Notes: generated by a model not told the origin, from the sequence alone. Shown: positions 38,129 through 54,433, numbered from the stretch's first letter. The stretch is DNA of 64,000 nt from Kofleriaceae bacterium (GCA_043780895.1 JAYWCI010000134.1:3875-67874); one strand, 5' to 3'. Translations and numbers: made by a program.

Positions 38129-40027
38129 CTAACGGAGGATGCCGCGCAGGAACAGCTGCGTCAGGTGACGATACGCCTCCAGCCGCGGCATTCCCGAGAC
38201 ATCGAGAATCTCGTCGATCGTGAGCATGCCGTCGATCCGCGACAGCAAGAACGCGGCGCGCGGGCTGATCGGTGCGTTAGCGAGCTCGTGCAGCGGCTGC
38301 GCGAGCGCCGGCTGGCGATCGAGGTCGCCGAGGAAGCTCTGGAAGATGGCCATGATCGCATCGCGATTGCGATGAATCAGCTTTTGCGCGAGGGCGCTGT
38401 TCGGGTCCTCGGACAGTGCGAGGTCGACCGCGGCGGCCGCCTTGTCGAGCTCCAGCTGCGAGCTCCACGCGGTCCCCCGCTCGATCAACGCGCTGATCCG
38501 GCGGCGGGTCCGATCTTCTTTCGCCTCGTTCGGCGGCTCGTCGATATCGATCTCGTCGAGGATCGAGGCGCTGCGAGCATCGATCGGATCGAACGGCAGC
38601 ACGATGTCTGCACGCGTGCCATCCCCGACCGACCCGACGGTCGAGAGCTGCTTGCCGAGCGAGGGCAGCTTCTGGGTCGCGTGCTCGTCGCGAATCTGGC
38701 GCGCATCGTTCTGACGGGTCGGCGCGTCCTCGTCGGGAAACACCGAGGCCGGGCGGCGGCCACCGGGACGCAGACCGATGTCGCGGGTGGGCGCGCTGAT
38801 CGCGAACTCGTCGAACTGTGGCGGCCCAGGGTGCCCAGAGGGCGTCGTGATCGGACGCCCGAGCGTGCCACCGAACAGGTCGCCGAGATCACTGAGATCA
38901 CCCAGATCGCGGGTCGGCGCGCTCGGCAGCGCGATGTCTTCGACGTCTTCGAGGCTGTCGCCGCGCTTGGCTTCGGCGCGGTCGGCGGGCGGCCGCTTCT
39001 TCGCCGGGAGCTCGCGGGTCGGGATCCGGGCTTCGCCGACAGGAGCGGACCCGCGCACCGGTGTGATCCGACGCGGGCTCGGCAGCGACGACAGCAACTC
39101 GTAGTCGGAGATCGGCGTCATCGGAGCTGGCGTGCTCGGCGCCGGCGAGCGCGTCACGATCGGAATCCCTCGTGCGGTGCTGACCAGGTCGGTGTTCGGG
39201 AACTTATCGCTCGCGAGCTCGACGGTCGGCGCCTTCGCGACCGGCACGTCAAGGGTCGGGAGGGTCGGGATGGTCGCGAGGCTCGGGCGCGGTGAGTTCG
39301 GCGTGCGTAGCCGAACCTCGAGCCGTGCCGGACCTTGCGCTGGCTGGACAAAGCCAAGGTCGCGCTTCTTGATCTCGGTCTCGATGTTGCCAAACCCGAG
39401 CGGCGTCGACTCCGGCTTGAACGAGCTCGGCTCCTCGAGAAAATCGTTCGTGGCGGCACGACGATGATGATGCTCTTGGCCGTACTCGCGCGTCGCCGTA
39501 TCGAAGCTGATCTCCTCGCTCGTGCCGCGGTCGAGCAGGGGCGGCTCGTCGGCTTCGAGCTCGAGGGCGGCCGCTGGCGGCTCGATCTGTTGATCGATCT
39601 GTTGATCGATCTGTTCGGCCGACGAGGTGCGCGCGGAGAGGTTCGCCGATAGGTTCTTTGATCGGGTGCGCGTCGAGATCACCTGGTGCGTCTCTTCCTC
39701 GATGGACCAGCCCTCGTCGAGCGGATCCATGTACATCGGCGCCGGTGCGCTGGCCGGAATCTCGTGGCCCTGCGTGATCTCGATAATGTATTCGGGCTCG
39801 TCTTGGATCCCGAACGGCACACCATCGTCCGCGATGCCCACCCCCGCGTCGGTCCGGAGAACCTCGTAGTTCAGCCGGACGTAGTCGACGTAGCTGTTCG
39901 CCTGGTCGTTGTCCGGATCGATCGCGAGGACCTCTTCCCAGATGGCAAGAGCATCATCGAGATCGCCTGAGCCGTAGCGGTTCAGGCCATCTTCGATCAA
40001 GCGATCGATGTCGGCCGCGGTAGCCAT
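38129..40027 (-). CDS. TPR-like N-terminus, long disordered middle, conserved C-terminal ~50-aa module
   Basis: The N-terminus DDALAIWEEVLAIDPDNDQANSYVDY is TPR-like. About 450 aa are low complexity. The C-terminus FLLSRIDGMLTIDEILDVSGMPRLEAYRHL resembles the N-terminus of the J-protein at 42398..43501. Confidence 0.7.
   Translation of the reverse strand: MATAADIDRLIEDGLNRYGSGDLDDALAIWEEVLAIDPDNDQANSYVDYVRLNYEVLRTDAGVGIADDGVPFGIQDEPEYIIEITQGHEIPASAPAPMYMDPLDEGWSIEEETHQVISTRTRSKNLSANLSARTSSAEQIDQQIDQQIEPPAAALELEADEPPLLDRGTSEEISFDTATREYGQEHHHRRAATNDFLEEPSSFKPESTPLGFGNIETEIKKRDLGFVQPAQGPARLEVRLRTPNSPRPSLATIPTLPTLDVPVAKAPTVELASDKFPNTDLVSTARGIPIVTRSPAPSTPAPMTPISDYELLSSLPSPRRITPVRGSAPVGEARIPTRELPAKKRPPADRAEAKRGDSLEDVEDIALPSAPTRDLGDLSDLGDLFGGTLGRPITTPSGHPGPPQFDEFAISAPTRDIGLRPGGRRPASVFPDEDAPTRQNDARQIRDEHATQKLPSLGKQLSTVGSVGDGTRADIVLPFDPIDARSASILDEIDIDEPPNEAKEDRTRRRISALIERGTAWSSQLELDKAAAAVDLALSEDPNSALAQKLIHRNRDAIMAIFQSFLGDLDRQPALAQPLHELANAPISPRAAFLLSRIDGMLTIDEILDVSGMPRLEAYRHLTQLFLRGILR
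39583..39618 (-). repeat. 12-bp tandem repeat (CGATCTGTTGAT x2 plus a partial copy) encoding (QIDQ)n
   Basis: Read directly from the sequence. In frame within the 38129..40027 gene (EQIDQQIDQQIE). Confidence 0.85.
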
Positions 40028-40509
40028 TGGTAGATCTAACCTTGTTCCGTCTGACGACGGATGTGGGTTGGCCCCCCGTTCAGACCGTGCGTGCGGTTTT
40101 CCTGCACACGGCTTACCGGTGGTCGTTCAGAGCGCGGTCCTCGGTGGGAGGGGTTGCCTGGACCACGTGTTGCGACCATGCGCTTGTCGTTGCGGTTTTC
40201 GTCGTCGTGACCGCCCCAGTGACCCTTCCCTCCGAGGGCGTTCTGCGGCGCCGTCGTCATCGGTACTACGATCCCCTCGGACTTCCTCTTCACCGCTATC
40301 GCTTGGCGATCAGCCTGGTCGATTCGCGCACCTCCGACTCGACGCCGTGCAGGCGGATCTCCCGTGTTCCGTGCTTCTCTGTGGACGCATACTGCGCTCG
40401 GTGCTCCGATGCTTACCGAAGAGGAACTTGCACCCGCTGGAGAAGCGCAGCGCGATTCCTCCGAGTCTTGCAACTCGTCGTCTTCTTCACGGCGCACCAC
40501 GGTACTAGC
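40028..40509 (-). other. 482-nt non-coding stretch; candidate structured RNA or long 5' leader
   Basis: GC is about 62%, against about 68% in flanking genes. All overlapping ORFs have poor GC3. There are many local hairpins (for example 40232-40238 pairs with 40274-40280). Motifs recur: TGCGGTTTTC x2, GCTTACCG x2, CCTCCGA x3. No Rfam family recognised by eye. Confidence 0.3.
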
Positions 40510-42342
<1,833 letters not shown>

Positions 42343-42397
42343 GGCAGGCCTATTTTCCTACGCTTTTCAGGCAGATCGCCAGTCGAACGACTGAAAT

Positions 42398-43501
42398 TCA
42401 GCTGTTCAGTAAGCGCCGAACTTCGGCCAGATCATTGCGTAGCTCGTTGGAGAGCATGTCGTTCTCGGTCTTCAACGCCATCGCCATGACGAGGACCTCC
42501 TCGGCATCGGCCAGCTTGCCGCAGCCTCGAAACGCAGCCGCAAGGAGGCGCGCGAGCGACGGGTCGCTCGGCGAGTTGGTCTGCGCCTTCTTGGCGTGAT
42601 CGAGCGCGGTTCGAGGTTGCCCCGCCGCGAGGGCGCAGCTCGCCGAGCGCCGGAGATACTTGGTTTGCGGATCGATCCGGACTGCGGCCGAGAACAGCTT
42701 CATCGCCCCGAGGTGGTCGCCGCCGACCTCCTGCTGGCACGCGCGTTCGAACAGCTCGGCCGCGTACTCCTGCGGCGATTGCGCGGTCTCGGCCACCGGC
42801 GCCTTCGCCGCGGCGGCGACTTTGCTCGGACTCGTCAGCCCATCGTACGCGCGGCTGAGCGCCTCGAATACCGTCGAGAGCCGCTCCGCGAACATGCCGA
42901 GCTGCTTGCCGTAGAACCGATCGGGATGGATCTCCTTGGACAGCTTGAAGTACGCGCGCTTGAGCGTCTGCTTGTCGGCGCCGTGCGGCACGCCGAGCAG
43001 GATGTACGGATCGCGCTGATCGAGCAGGCGCGCCATCGCCAGGATCCGGCGGCGCACTTGATCGGAGAGCACGTTGTCCTCGCTCAGTGCGTGAAGCTCC
43101 TCGGGGTTCGGATTGGAGAGCGCGAGATCTAGGATCGGCCCCGACGGGACGGCGGCCGTGGGTGGCGCCGAGCCCGACGCCGACCGGGGCGGCGACCGGG
43201 TCACGGTGCGAGGCGCGACCGGGATCGCCGGCGCCTGCACGCGCACCGGTGCGGTGGTCTCGCCGGGCAGCATGAGGGCGCCGTAGCTGCGCAGCTTCAC
43301 CACGATCGCGATCGCCTTCTCGACGGGCAGCCCGCTCTCGAGCAACACGTCGCGCAGCGTCGCCGCGCCGTCGAACCGCGAGAACAGGAAGTACTCCTCG
43401 GGCCCGAAGTTCGCTTTGAGCGGATCGAAGCTCGGACTCGCACGCAGCTTTAACTGCGTCGACCCGATGCCACCGATCGATAGCGGTACCGCAGAGGTCA
43501 C
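42398..43501 (-). CDS. J-domain protein with N-terminal SR.DG module and C-terminal TPR
   Basis: J-domain DPYILLGVPHGADKQTLKRAYFKLSKEIHPDRF with the HPD motif. The N-terminus reads FLFSRFDGAATLRDVLLESGLPVEKA. GTG start at 43501, 19 nt after the argF stop. Confidence 0.8.
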   Translation of the reverse strand: MTSAVPLSIGGIGSTQLKLRASPSFDPLKANFGPEEYFLFSRFDGAATLRDVLLESGLPVEKAIAIVVKLRSYGALMLPGETTAPVRVQAPAIPVAPRTVTRSPPRSASGSAPPTAAVPSGPILDLALSNPNPEELHALSEDNVLSDQVRRRILAMARLLDQRDPYILLGVPHGADKQTLKRAYFKLSKEIHPDRFYGKQLGMFAERLSTVFEALSRAYDGLTSPSKVAAAAKAPVAETAQSPQEYAAELFERACQQEVGGDHLGAMKLFSAAVRIDPQTKYLRRSASCALAAGQPRTALDHAKKAQTNSPSDPSLARLLAAAFRGCGKLADAEEVLVMAMALKTENDMLSNELRNDLAEVRRLLNS

Positions 43502-43520
43502 TGTGCGTAATCTTACCTTA

Positions 43521-44452
<932 letters not shown>

Positions 44453-44456
<4 letters not shown>

Positions 44457-45679
44457 TTGCCGGCTCCGGTCTGCAGCGCCTGCTTCAAGATGAAGACCGC
44501 CTCGTCGAGCTGATCGGCGGTGACGTTATACGGCGGCACGAACCGCACGACGTTCGAGCCGGCGACCGAGCACAACAGGCCATTCGCGCGGCACGCTGCG
44601 ACGACGTTTGCAGGGAGGTTCGCGACGGCGAGGCCCATCAACAACCCGCGACCGCGCACGTCGGTGGCGTGGCCCGGGAACTCCGTGACCAGCTCGCCGA
44701 GCCGCTTCGCGAGATGCGCGCTCGCCTTCGCGACATTCGCGAGCAGACCCTCTTTGTCGATGATGTCGAACACCGCGGAGGCCGCGGAGCACGCGAGCGG
44801 GTTACCGCCGAACGTCGACGCGTGCGGCACGACACCGCCGGGCTGGTTCGCGAGCCCGGCGGCCGCCTTCTCGCTCGCCGCGATCGCACCGATCGGCACG
44901 CCACCACCGAGGCCCTTCGCGAGCGTCATCACGTCGGGCGCGACGTCGTCGTGCTGGTGACCGAACCACTGGCCGGTCCGGCCCACCCCGGTCTGGACCT
45001 CGTCGAAGATCAGCAGCGTGCCCGTGTCGTCGCACAACCGGCGCAGGCCTGCGAGGTAGCCGGGCGCGGCCGTGATGATGCCGCCCTCGGCCTGGATCGG
45101 TTCGACGATAATCGCGCACGCGGTGCGCTGCTCGAGCATGCGCGCCGCCGCTTCGAGATCGTTGTACGGGATGAACTCGACCGGGCCGACGAGCGGACCG
45201 AAGCCCTCACGATACTTGGCCTGACCGGTGATCGCGACGGTCGCGAACGAGCGGCCGTGGAAGCTGTTGATGGTCGAAACGAACGTGGTGCGCTGCGGCT
45301 GACCGGCGACGACCGCTTGATAGCGGCGCGCGAGCTTCATCGCCGCTTCGTTCGCTTCCGAGCCGCTGTTGCAGAAGAACACGCGCTTGGCGAACGAGCG
45401 ATCGGTGATCGCCTTGGCGGCGAGCACCTGCTGGTCGTTGAAGTAGAGGTTCGAGACGTGGACGAGCTTGCCGAGCTGAGCCGCCACGCGCGCTGTGAAT
45501 TCGGGATGTGAATGGCCGAGCCCGCACACCGCGATGCCGGCGGTGAAGTCGAGGTAGCGCGTGCCCGCTTTGTCCCAGACCTCGCAGCCAAGACCGCGCT
45601 CCAGCACGATCGGCTGCTGGCGATAGTTCTTCACGAGGACGTGGTCAGCGAGCGAGAGAAGATCGGCTTGCGTCTGCAC
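44453..45679 (-). CDS. argD: Acetylornithine aminotransferase (class III PLP aminotransferase)
   Basis: Colinear with ArgD, with the PLP-Lys context DVMTLAKGLGGG. GTG start at 45679 (408 aa). Confidence 0.9.
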
Positions 45680-45695
45680 GAGCCGTGTGTACCAC

Positions 45696-47060
45696 CTAGA
45701 GAATGTAGCGTGCGAGATCTTCGTCGGCGACCAGCTGGCCGAGCCGCTCTTTGACGTATGCCGGCGTGATCGGAATCGTCTGCGTGCCGATATCCGGCGC
45801 GTTATAGAGCAAGTCATCGAGCAAGCGCTCGAGCACGGTGTGGAGCCGGCGCGCTCCGATGTCGTGCGTGCGTTGGTTCACATCGGCCGCGATCTTCGCG
45901 AGCTCGTCGATCGCAGCGGGCTGCCACTCGATCGTGATGTTGTCGGTCGCGAGCAGCGCGGCGTACTGGCGAGTGAGCGCGTTCGTCGGCTCGGTGAGAA
46001 TGCGGACGAAGTCCGGCGCGGTCAGCGGAGTGAGTTCGACGCGGATCGGGAACCGGCCCTGGAGCTCCGGGATGAGGTCGCTCGGCTTGGTCATGTGGAA
46101 CGCGCCGGCCGCGATGAACAGGACGTGGTCGGTCTTCACCGGGCCGTACTTGGTCGTGACGGTCGAGCCTTCGACGATCGGGAGCAGGTCGCGCTGCACA
46201 CCCTCGCGCGAGACATCGGCGCCGCCGCGATCGGACTTCGTCGCGATCTTGTCGATCTCGTCGATGAACACGATGCCGGCGTTCTCCGCGCGGTTCACGG
46301 CTTCACGGGTCGCCGCATCGTGATCGATCAGCTTGTCGACCTCTTGCTCGGTGAGCGCGCGCCACGCGACCGGGACCTTGAGCTTCTGGCGCTTGGTCTT
46401 GCCGCGGCCGAACTGGCCGAGCATATCCTTGAGGCCGGAGAGCGCGTTCTCGTCGATGCCGGGCTGGCCGCCGAGCACCGACATCAGCGGATTCGAATCG
46501 TCCGCGAGCTCGATCTCGAGCTCGCGATCGTCGAGCTTGCCCTCGCGCAGCATCGTGCGGAACTTCTCGCGCGTCGAATCCGCGGCAGGCAGCGCGGCTT
46601 CGTTTGGGCGCTCGGTGAAGCCGCGTCCCGCAGCGCGCGGCAGCAGCAGATCGAGCAAGCGCTCTTCTGCTGCTTCCTTCGCGCGACCACGGACCTTGCC
46701 GGCCTCCTCGTCGCGCACGAGCTTGATCGAGACTTCCATCAGGTCGCGTACGATCGAATCGACATCGCGACCGACGTAGCCGACCTCGGTGAACTTCGAC
46801 GCTTCGACCTTCAGGAATGGCGCACGTGCGAGGCGCGCGAGGCGGCGCGCGATCTCGGTCTTACCGACGCCGGTCGGTCCCATCATGATGATGTTCTTCG
46901 GCGCGATCTCTTCGCGCATGTCGCCGACGACTTGCTGGCGACGCCAGCGATTGCGCATCGCGACGGCGACCGCCCGCTTCGCATCGTGCTGACCGATCAC
47001 GTAGCGATCGAGCTCCGCGACGATCTTCGCGGGCGTCAGGGCAGCTTCGTCGTTACTCAC
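45696..47060 (-). CDS. hslU: ATP-dependent protease ATPase subunit HslU
   Basis: [17 protein letters not shown] and Walker [16 protein letters not shown]. The GTG start overlaps the hslV stop. Confidence 0.95.
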   Translation of the reverse strand: MSNDEAALTPAKIVAELDRYVIGQHDAKRAVAVAMRNRWRRQQVVGDMREEIAPKNIIMMGPTGVGKTEIARRLARLARAPFLKVEASKFTEVGYVGRDVDSIVRDLMEVSIKLVRDEEAGKVRGRAKEAAEERLLDLLLPRAAGRGFTERPNEAALPAADSTREKFRTMLREGKLDDRELEIELADDSNPLMSVLGGQPGIDENALSGLKDMLGQFGRGKTKRQKLKVPVAWRALTEQEVDKLIDHDAATREAVNRAENAGIVFIDEIDKIATKSDRGGADVSREGVQRDLLPIVEGSTVTTKYGPVKTDHVLFIAAGAFHMTKPSDLIPELQGRFPIRVELTPLTAPDFVRILTEPTNALTRQYAALLATDNITIEWQPAAIDELAKIAADVNQRTHDIGARRLHTVLERLLDDLLYNAPDIGTQTIPITPAYVKERLGQLVADEDLARYIL

Positions 47061-47617
47061 TGGATCTCCTCGATGGTGAGGTTGTGGTTCGTGTAGATGC
47101 AGATATCGGCGGCGATCTTCATCGCGTGCTCCGCGATCGCACGCGGCCCGAGCTCGGTGTTCTCGAGCAGCGCGCGTGCGGCGGCGAGCGCGTAGCTGCC
47201 GCCCGAACCGATCGCGCAGATGCCATCGTCGGGCTCGATCACGTCGCCCGAGCCCGAGAGGATGAACGTGCTCTCGGCATCGGCGACCACGAGCATCGCC
47301 TCGAGCCGGCGCAGCGCGCGATCGGTGCGCCACTCCTTGGCGAGCTCGACCGCCGCGCGGCGCAGCGGGCTGCGCTGGGCGTGGAGCTTTTCATCGAGCC
47401 GCTCGAACAACGCGATGCCATCGGCGGCCGACCCCGCGAAGCCACCGATCGCGCGACCATCACCGAGCCGGCGCACCTTCTTGGCGCCGCCCTTCACGAT
47501 CGTGTTACCGAGCGTGACCTGGCCATCGCCGGCGACGATGACGTGGTTGCCGCGACGGACCGAGAGGATCGTCGTGGAATGAATCTCGGGATGCTGCACG
47601 AAAGGTTCGTAGCACAC
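47057..47617 (-). CDS. hslV: ATP-dependent protease subunit HslV
   Basis: [23 protein letters not shown] contains the N-terminal Thr nucleophile context. The start is uncertain (ATG 47617 or an internal GTG). Confidence 0.9.
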   Translation of the reverse strand: MCYEPFVQHPEIHSTTILSVRRGNHVIVAGDGQVTLGNTIVKGGAKKVRRLGDGRAIGGFAGSAADGIALFERLDEKLHAQRSPLRRAAVELAKEWRTDRALRRLEAMLVVADAESTFILSGSGDVIEPDDGICAIGSGGSYALAAARALLENTELGPRAIAEHAMKIAADICIYTNHNLTIEEIQ

Positions 47618-47651
47618 CCGCAGAGGCCACCCAATGCCGCGGGGGACCGGG

Positions 47652-48608
47652 CTAGATCTTCTTCGCGCGCGGATGAGCGTCGTCGTAGACCTTCATCAGG
47701 TGGTCGAGCGAGACCTTCGTATAGATCTGGGTCGACGACAGGCTCGCGTGACCGAGCAGCTCCTGGATCGCGCGCAGATCGACACCCTCGTCGAGCAGGT
47801 GCGTCGCGAACGAATGGCGCAGGCCGTGCGGGGTCGCGAGCGCGTGGATGCCGCCGGCGATCGTCCAGCGCTTGACCATGCGTTGCACCGAGCGTGGCGT
47901 GAGGCGCACGCCCTGCGCATTGACGAACAGCGCGGCGTCTTGCGCGCCGAGTGCCTTGCGCACCGCGAGGTACGCGTCCACCGCTTCATCGGCCTTGCCG
48001 CCGAGCGGCACCTCGCGCGACTTGTTGCCCTTGCCGTGGCGCACGAGCACGAGCGGTGTGTTGTAGCGGCTGCGATCGATATCGGTGATATCGAGCCCGC
48101 ACGCTTCGGAGACGCGCAGGCCGGTCGAATAGATCAGCTCCATCATCGCGGCGTCGCGCAGGCGCAGCATCCCGTGCCGCGCCTCCTCGTTCGTCGACAG
48201 CTTGCGCGCCGAGGTCTTGCCGGTGTGGACCGGCGCCTCGACCAACCGAAATGCGTCGTCGACATCGAGCGCGCGCGGCAAGCCGTTCGGCTTCTTCGGC
48301 CCGCGAATCGCGGCGCCGGGATTGCCCCCCATCACGCCGCGCTTGACGAGGAAGCGACAGAACGCGCGCACGCTCGAGAGCTTACGCGAGATCGTGGCCG
48401 GGCCATTCTCGCCGTGGAGTGCGGCGAGCTGGCTACGAATCTCGATCGCGGAGAGCCGCGCGAGCGGCACGTCCTTGCCGCGCTTCGCCACCAGGTGCGT
48501 GCGCAGTGCGACGACATCGCGGAGGTAGACCTCGGTCGTCTTGGGCGAGTACGCGCGCTCGATCTCGAGGTACGCCTTGAAGGCGCCGAGAGCGGTATCC
48601 CAATCCAT
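47652..48608 (-). CDS. xerC: Tyrosine recombinase XerC/XerD family
   Basis: Catalytic motifs [12 protein letters not shown] and [15 protein letters not shown]. 318 aa. Confidence 0.9.
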   Translation of the reverse strand: MDWDTALGAFKAYLEIERAYSPKTTEVYLRDVVALRTHLVAKRGKDVPLARLSAIEIRSQLAALHGENGPATISRKLSSVRAFCRFLVKRGVMGGNPGAAIRGPKKPNGLPRALDVDDAFRLVEAPVHTGKTSARKLSTNEEARHGMLRLRDAAMMELIYSTGLRVSEACGLDITDIDRSRYNTPLVLVRHGKGNKSREVPLGGKADEAVDAYLAVRKALGAQDAALFVNAQGVRLTPRSVQRMVKRWTIAGGIHALATPHGLRHSFATHLLDEGVDLRAIQELLGHASLSSTQIYTKVSLDHLMKVYDDAHPRAKKI

Positions 48609-48648
48609 GCCCGGCAGGATCGCGCAACCTCGTCGCAGATGCGAGTTT

Positions 48649-49356
48649 CTAGAGCGCGCCGGCGGGCGGCCTGATGACGACTTCTTCGACGGACATCTCC
48701 GGCCGGGTCACGATCGAGACCAGGAAGCTCGCCAGGGTCTCCGGCTTCATCATCTTCGAGCGATCGAAGCCTGGTCGGTCGTCCCAGATCGGCGTGTCGG
48801 TGGCGCCTGCCAGGAGCGAGGTGACGCGAATATTGAACGGCCGCGCCTCCTCGGCCAGGACGCGCGCGAGGCCGAGCTGGCCCATCTTCGCTGCGGTGTA
48901 GCTCGCACACTCGGTGAACGCCTCGTTCACCACGTGCGAGCCGATCATCACGATGTGACCTTTGCGCCGTAGTTGCATCCGGCGCAGCGCCTCGCGCGCG
49001 CAGATCAGCGTGCCGACGACATGAACCTCGAGCATCTCGCGGAGCTCGGCGACCGACGCGTTCACGATCGGTCCGAACGTGCCGACGCCGGCCGCGCACA
49101 CCACGAGATCGAGCTCGGGCAGCTCGCCGAACCGCTGCCTGACCTCGGCTTCATCGGCGACATCGAGATGCGCGAGGCTGACCTCGCCGAGGTTCGGGAC
49201 TCTCACGGGCGCATCACCGTGCGGGCCACCATCGCGCAACCGCCGGCTGCACGCCAACACCCCGGCACCTTCCGCGGCGAGCGCGCGCACACACGCTGCG
49301 CCGATGCCGCTCGAACCGCCGGTGACCAGGGCGAACGTGCCGAGCAAGCGCTTCAC
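48649..49356 (-). CDS. Short-chain dehydrogenase/reductase
   Basis: TGGSSGIG cofactor motif and the catalytic YTAAK (YxxxK). Confidence 0.85.
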   Translation of the reverse strand: MKRLLGTFALVTGGSSGIGAACVRALAAEGAGVLACSRRLRDGGPHGDAPVRVPNLGEVSLAHLDVADEAEVRQRFGELPELDLVVCAAGVGTFGPIVNASVAELREMLEVHVVGTLICAREALRRMQLRRKGHIVMIGSHVVNEAFTECASYTAAKMGQLGLARVLAEEARPFNIRVTSLLAGATDTPIWDDRPGFDRSKMMKPETLASFLVSIVTRPEMSVEEVVIRPPAGAL

Positions 49357-49375
49357 GCCCCGACGGTAGCAGGCC

Positions 49376-50818
49376 CTACGCGGGAACGCTGACGTCGGCG
49401 ACGACGATCGCCGCCCGGTCCAAGCTCGTGGTGCGCGAGTAGCCGGTCATCGCGAGCCAGGGGCCGAGCGCCTCACGCGCGCGCACCGCCATGCGCTCCT
49501 TCTTGTGATCCTTGCGAGCATCACCGAGCGGCGGTAAGAGCCCGTAGTTAACGTTCGTCGGGCCGTACTTGTAGCTCGGCTCGCGCGCCGCGGTGACGTG
49601 GTTGTAGAGCGCGCCGAGCATCGTGGTCGGCGGCGGCGGCGCGAGCTCGCGACCGAATAGCTCGCTCGCGAGCAACCACGCGACGACCAGGCCCATCGCA
49701 CACGATTCGATGTAGCCCTCGACGCCGGTGAGTAAGCCGGCGAACCGAATGTTCGGCCGCGTGCGCAGCTCGAACTTCGCGCCGAGCCGCGCCGGCGCAT
49801 CGATGTAAGTGTTGCGATGGATCGATCCGAATCGCAGGAACTCCGCGCGCGCGAGCCCCGGAATCATCCGGAAGATCCGCTGCTGCTCGGGATACGCGAG
49901 CCGGGTCTGGAACCCGACCAGGTTGTACGCGGTACGATAGCGGTTCTCGGGCCGCAGCTGGACCACCGCCCACGGGCGACGCCCGGTCTTCGGATCGCAC
50001 AAGCCGATCGGGCGCATCGGGCCGAAGCGCAAGGTCTCCGGGCCGCGCTCGGCCATCACCTCGATCGGCATGCAGCTCTCGAAGTACCGCGGCTCCTCGA
50101 AATCGTGCGGCAGGATCTTCCGGCCGGCGTTCACCTCCGTGATGAACGTGTCGTACTCCGCTCGCTCCAGCGGACAGTTGACGTAGTCGCCGACGCCGGT
50201 ATCGCCACCCGCGGCGCGCAGCTCGTCGGTCTCTTCACGCGTCTTGCGCTCCGGCGAGCTCGCATCGCGATCCCAGCGCGATTGCCGAAACGCGCGATCC
50301 CAATCGATCGAATCCGCGGCCACGATCGGCGCGATCGCATCGTAAAAGTACATCCGGTCACCGCCGAGCTCGCGCATGATCACGCGCCCGAGCTCGCCCT
50401 CGGTCAGCGGGCCCGTCGCCACGATCACCGGATGGTCAGGCAGCTCGTCGAGCCGGCGCCGTTCGATCCGGATCCGCGGATGCAGCGCGAGCTTGCGCGT
50501 GATCGCGCGTGCGAACCCGAACCGCTCGACCGCGAGCGCCTGCCCTGCGGGCACGCGATGCTGATCGGCACACGCGATCACGAGCGACTCGCAGCGCCGG
50601 AGCTCTTCTTTCAAGAGGCCCGCGGGTGCGACCGGATCGTCGCTGCGCAGCGAGTTGCTACACACCAGCTCACCGAGCAGCGGGCTCTGATGCGCCGGTG
50701 ACATCGAGACCGGCTTCATCTCGACCAGCGAGACCCGGAATCCGAGCTCGGCGAGTTGCCACGCAGCCTCGCTCCCTGCCATGCCGCCGCCGACGACGGT
50801 GACGTCTGTCATCGCCAA
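49376..50818 (-). CDS. trmFO: Methylenetetrahydrofolate--tRNA-(uracil-5-)-methyltransferase TrmFO (Gid)
   Basis: VVGGGMAGSEAAWQLA FAD fold. 480 aa, colinear with TrmFO. Confidence 0.9.
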   Translation of the reverse strand: MAMTDVTVVGGGMAGSEAAWQLAELGFRVSLVEMKPVSMSPAHQSPLLGELVCSNSLRSDDPVAPAGLLKEELRRCESLVIACADQHRVPAGQALAVERFGFARAITRKLALHPRIRIERRRLDELPDHPVIVATGPLTEGELGRVIMRELGGDRMYFYDAIAPIVAADSIDWDRAFRQSRWDRDASSPERKTREETDELRAAGGDTGVGDYVNCPLERAEYDTFITEVNAGRKILPHDFEEPRYFESCMPIEVMAERGPETLRFGPMRPIGLCDPKTGRRPWAVVQLRPENRYRTAYNLVGFQTRLAYPEQQRIFRMIPGLARAEFLRFGSIHRNTYIDAPARLGAKFELRTRPNIRFAGLLTGVEGYIESCAMGLVVAWLLASELFGRELAPPPPTTMLGALYNHVTAAREPSYKYGPTNVNYGLLPPLGDARKDHKKERMAVRAREALGPWLAMTGYSRTTSLDRAAIVVADVSVPA

Positions 50819-50931
50819 CAGCGTACTCGATCACTGTACGCTGGACATGGATGAGCTCGAACGTTCGCGCGCTCCCGGGAACGTGCCCATCTGAATCAAG
50901 ATCAGCGTCCCGCGAACAAATCCAAACCGTT

Positions 50932-51009
50932 GCGGCGCAGCCGCGAGGGCCGCTCTGTGGCTCCATGTCTCGGTGGCAGCTCTGCCGCCACGGAGCGGCG
51001 CAGCCGCGA
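50932..51009 (-). repeat. Structured module just downstream of the topA stop: a duplicated 15-mer flanking a 13-bp-stem hairpin
   Basis: GCGGCGCAGCCGCGA occurs at 50932-50946 and 50995-51009; each copy is itself a GCGGC-GCA-GCCGC hairpin. Between them, 50949-50961 pairs with 50987-50999 with one mismatch. On the minus strand the distal hairpin is followed by AACGGTTTGGATTTGTT, so it may act as a weak terminator. Confidence 0.35.
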
Positions 51010-51014
51010 CGAAC

Positions 51015-53623
<2,609 letters not shown>

Positions 53624-53627
<4 letters not shown>

Positions 53628-54433
53628 GACAACCTCGCTAACGCGCGTAATACGACGCGCACCGGCAGGCGAGTCAGGGTCACGATCGCTTCGGTGCTGC
53701 ATGCGCCCTGATCGAGCGCTGCACGCACCGCCGCTACGTCCGGTTCGAGCACTTGGGTACGCATACGAGGCTCACCTGCGAGCGCCGCATCGACATCACC
53801 CTCGTGCTCGACCATCGCCGCACCATCCGCGAGCAACAGCTCGCAGCCACGGCTCCCCGGCCACGCCACGACGATCCGGCCGTAGCGGCGAGCGGCACGT
53901 GCCGTCGCCAACGATCCAGACCGCGCATCAGCTTCGATCACCACGACCACATCCGCGAGCGCGGCGATCAGTGGATTGCGCGAGAGAAACGTTCCGCGCC
54001 GCGGCTGGACGCCGTCTTCGAGACGGCTGACCAGCGCACCGCCGGCTGCGAGCACCTGCTCGAACAGCGGCGCATGGCGCTCGGGGTACGCGACATCGCA
54101 ACCGCTGCCGAGCACGACGGTCGTGGTGCCGGTGCCACGTGCGGCGAGCAGGCCGCGATGCGCGGCACCATCGATGCCGAGCGCGCCGCCCGAGACCACG
54201 TGCACCCCGCGGTCACCCAGATGCCGAGCGAGCGCGTGGGCGCGCTCCATCCCGAGACCGGACGCCGCGCGCGAGCCGACGATCGCGACCGCGGGTGCCT
54301 CGCTCAACGTGCCGCGCACGTAGATGGGATGGCTCCAGGCAAGCGCTTCGAGCCGCTTCGGGAGCGAGCCAGGGGGGAGGACGTTGGTGAGCACAGGGGG
54401 ACAGCAATTAGCCACCCAGGGCATCGCCGTCAA
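53624..54433 (-). CDS. dprA: DNA-processing protein DprA
   Basis: Rossmann-like core IVGSRAASGLG...VVSGGALGIDGAAHRG. 269 aa. Confidence 0.85.

Noticed and set aside
40036-40500. 154-aa minus-strand ORF, and the 166-aa plus-strand ORF 40008..40508, inside the 482-nt gap.
   Set aside because: Third-position GC is about 50%, against about 90% in real genes here. The sequence is low complexity, there is no SD, and no motif is present. The region is treated as non-coding.
40028-40509. Possible RNase P RNA, suggested by GAGGAAGTCCGAGG on the minus strand resembling the GGAAAGUCCGG P4 strand.
   Set aside because: The complementary P4 strand (ACAGAANCCGGCUUA) and the conserved AGGGUGAAA and GGUAAGAGCGCACC elements are absent, so P4 cannot be formed.
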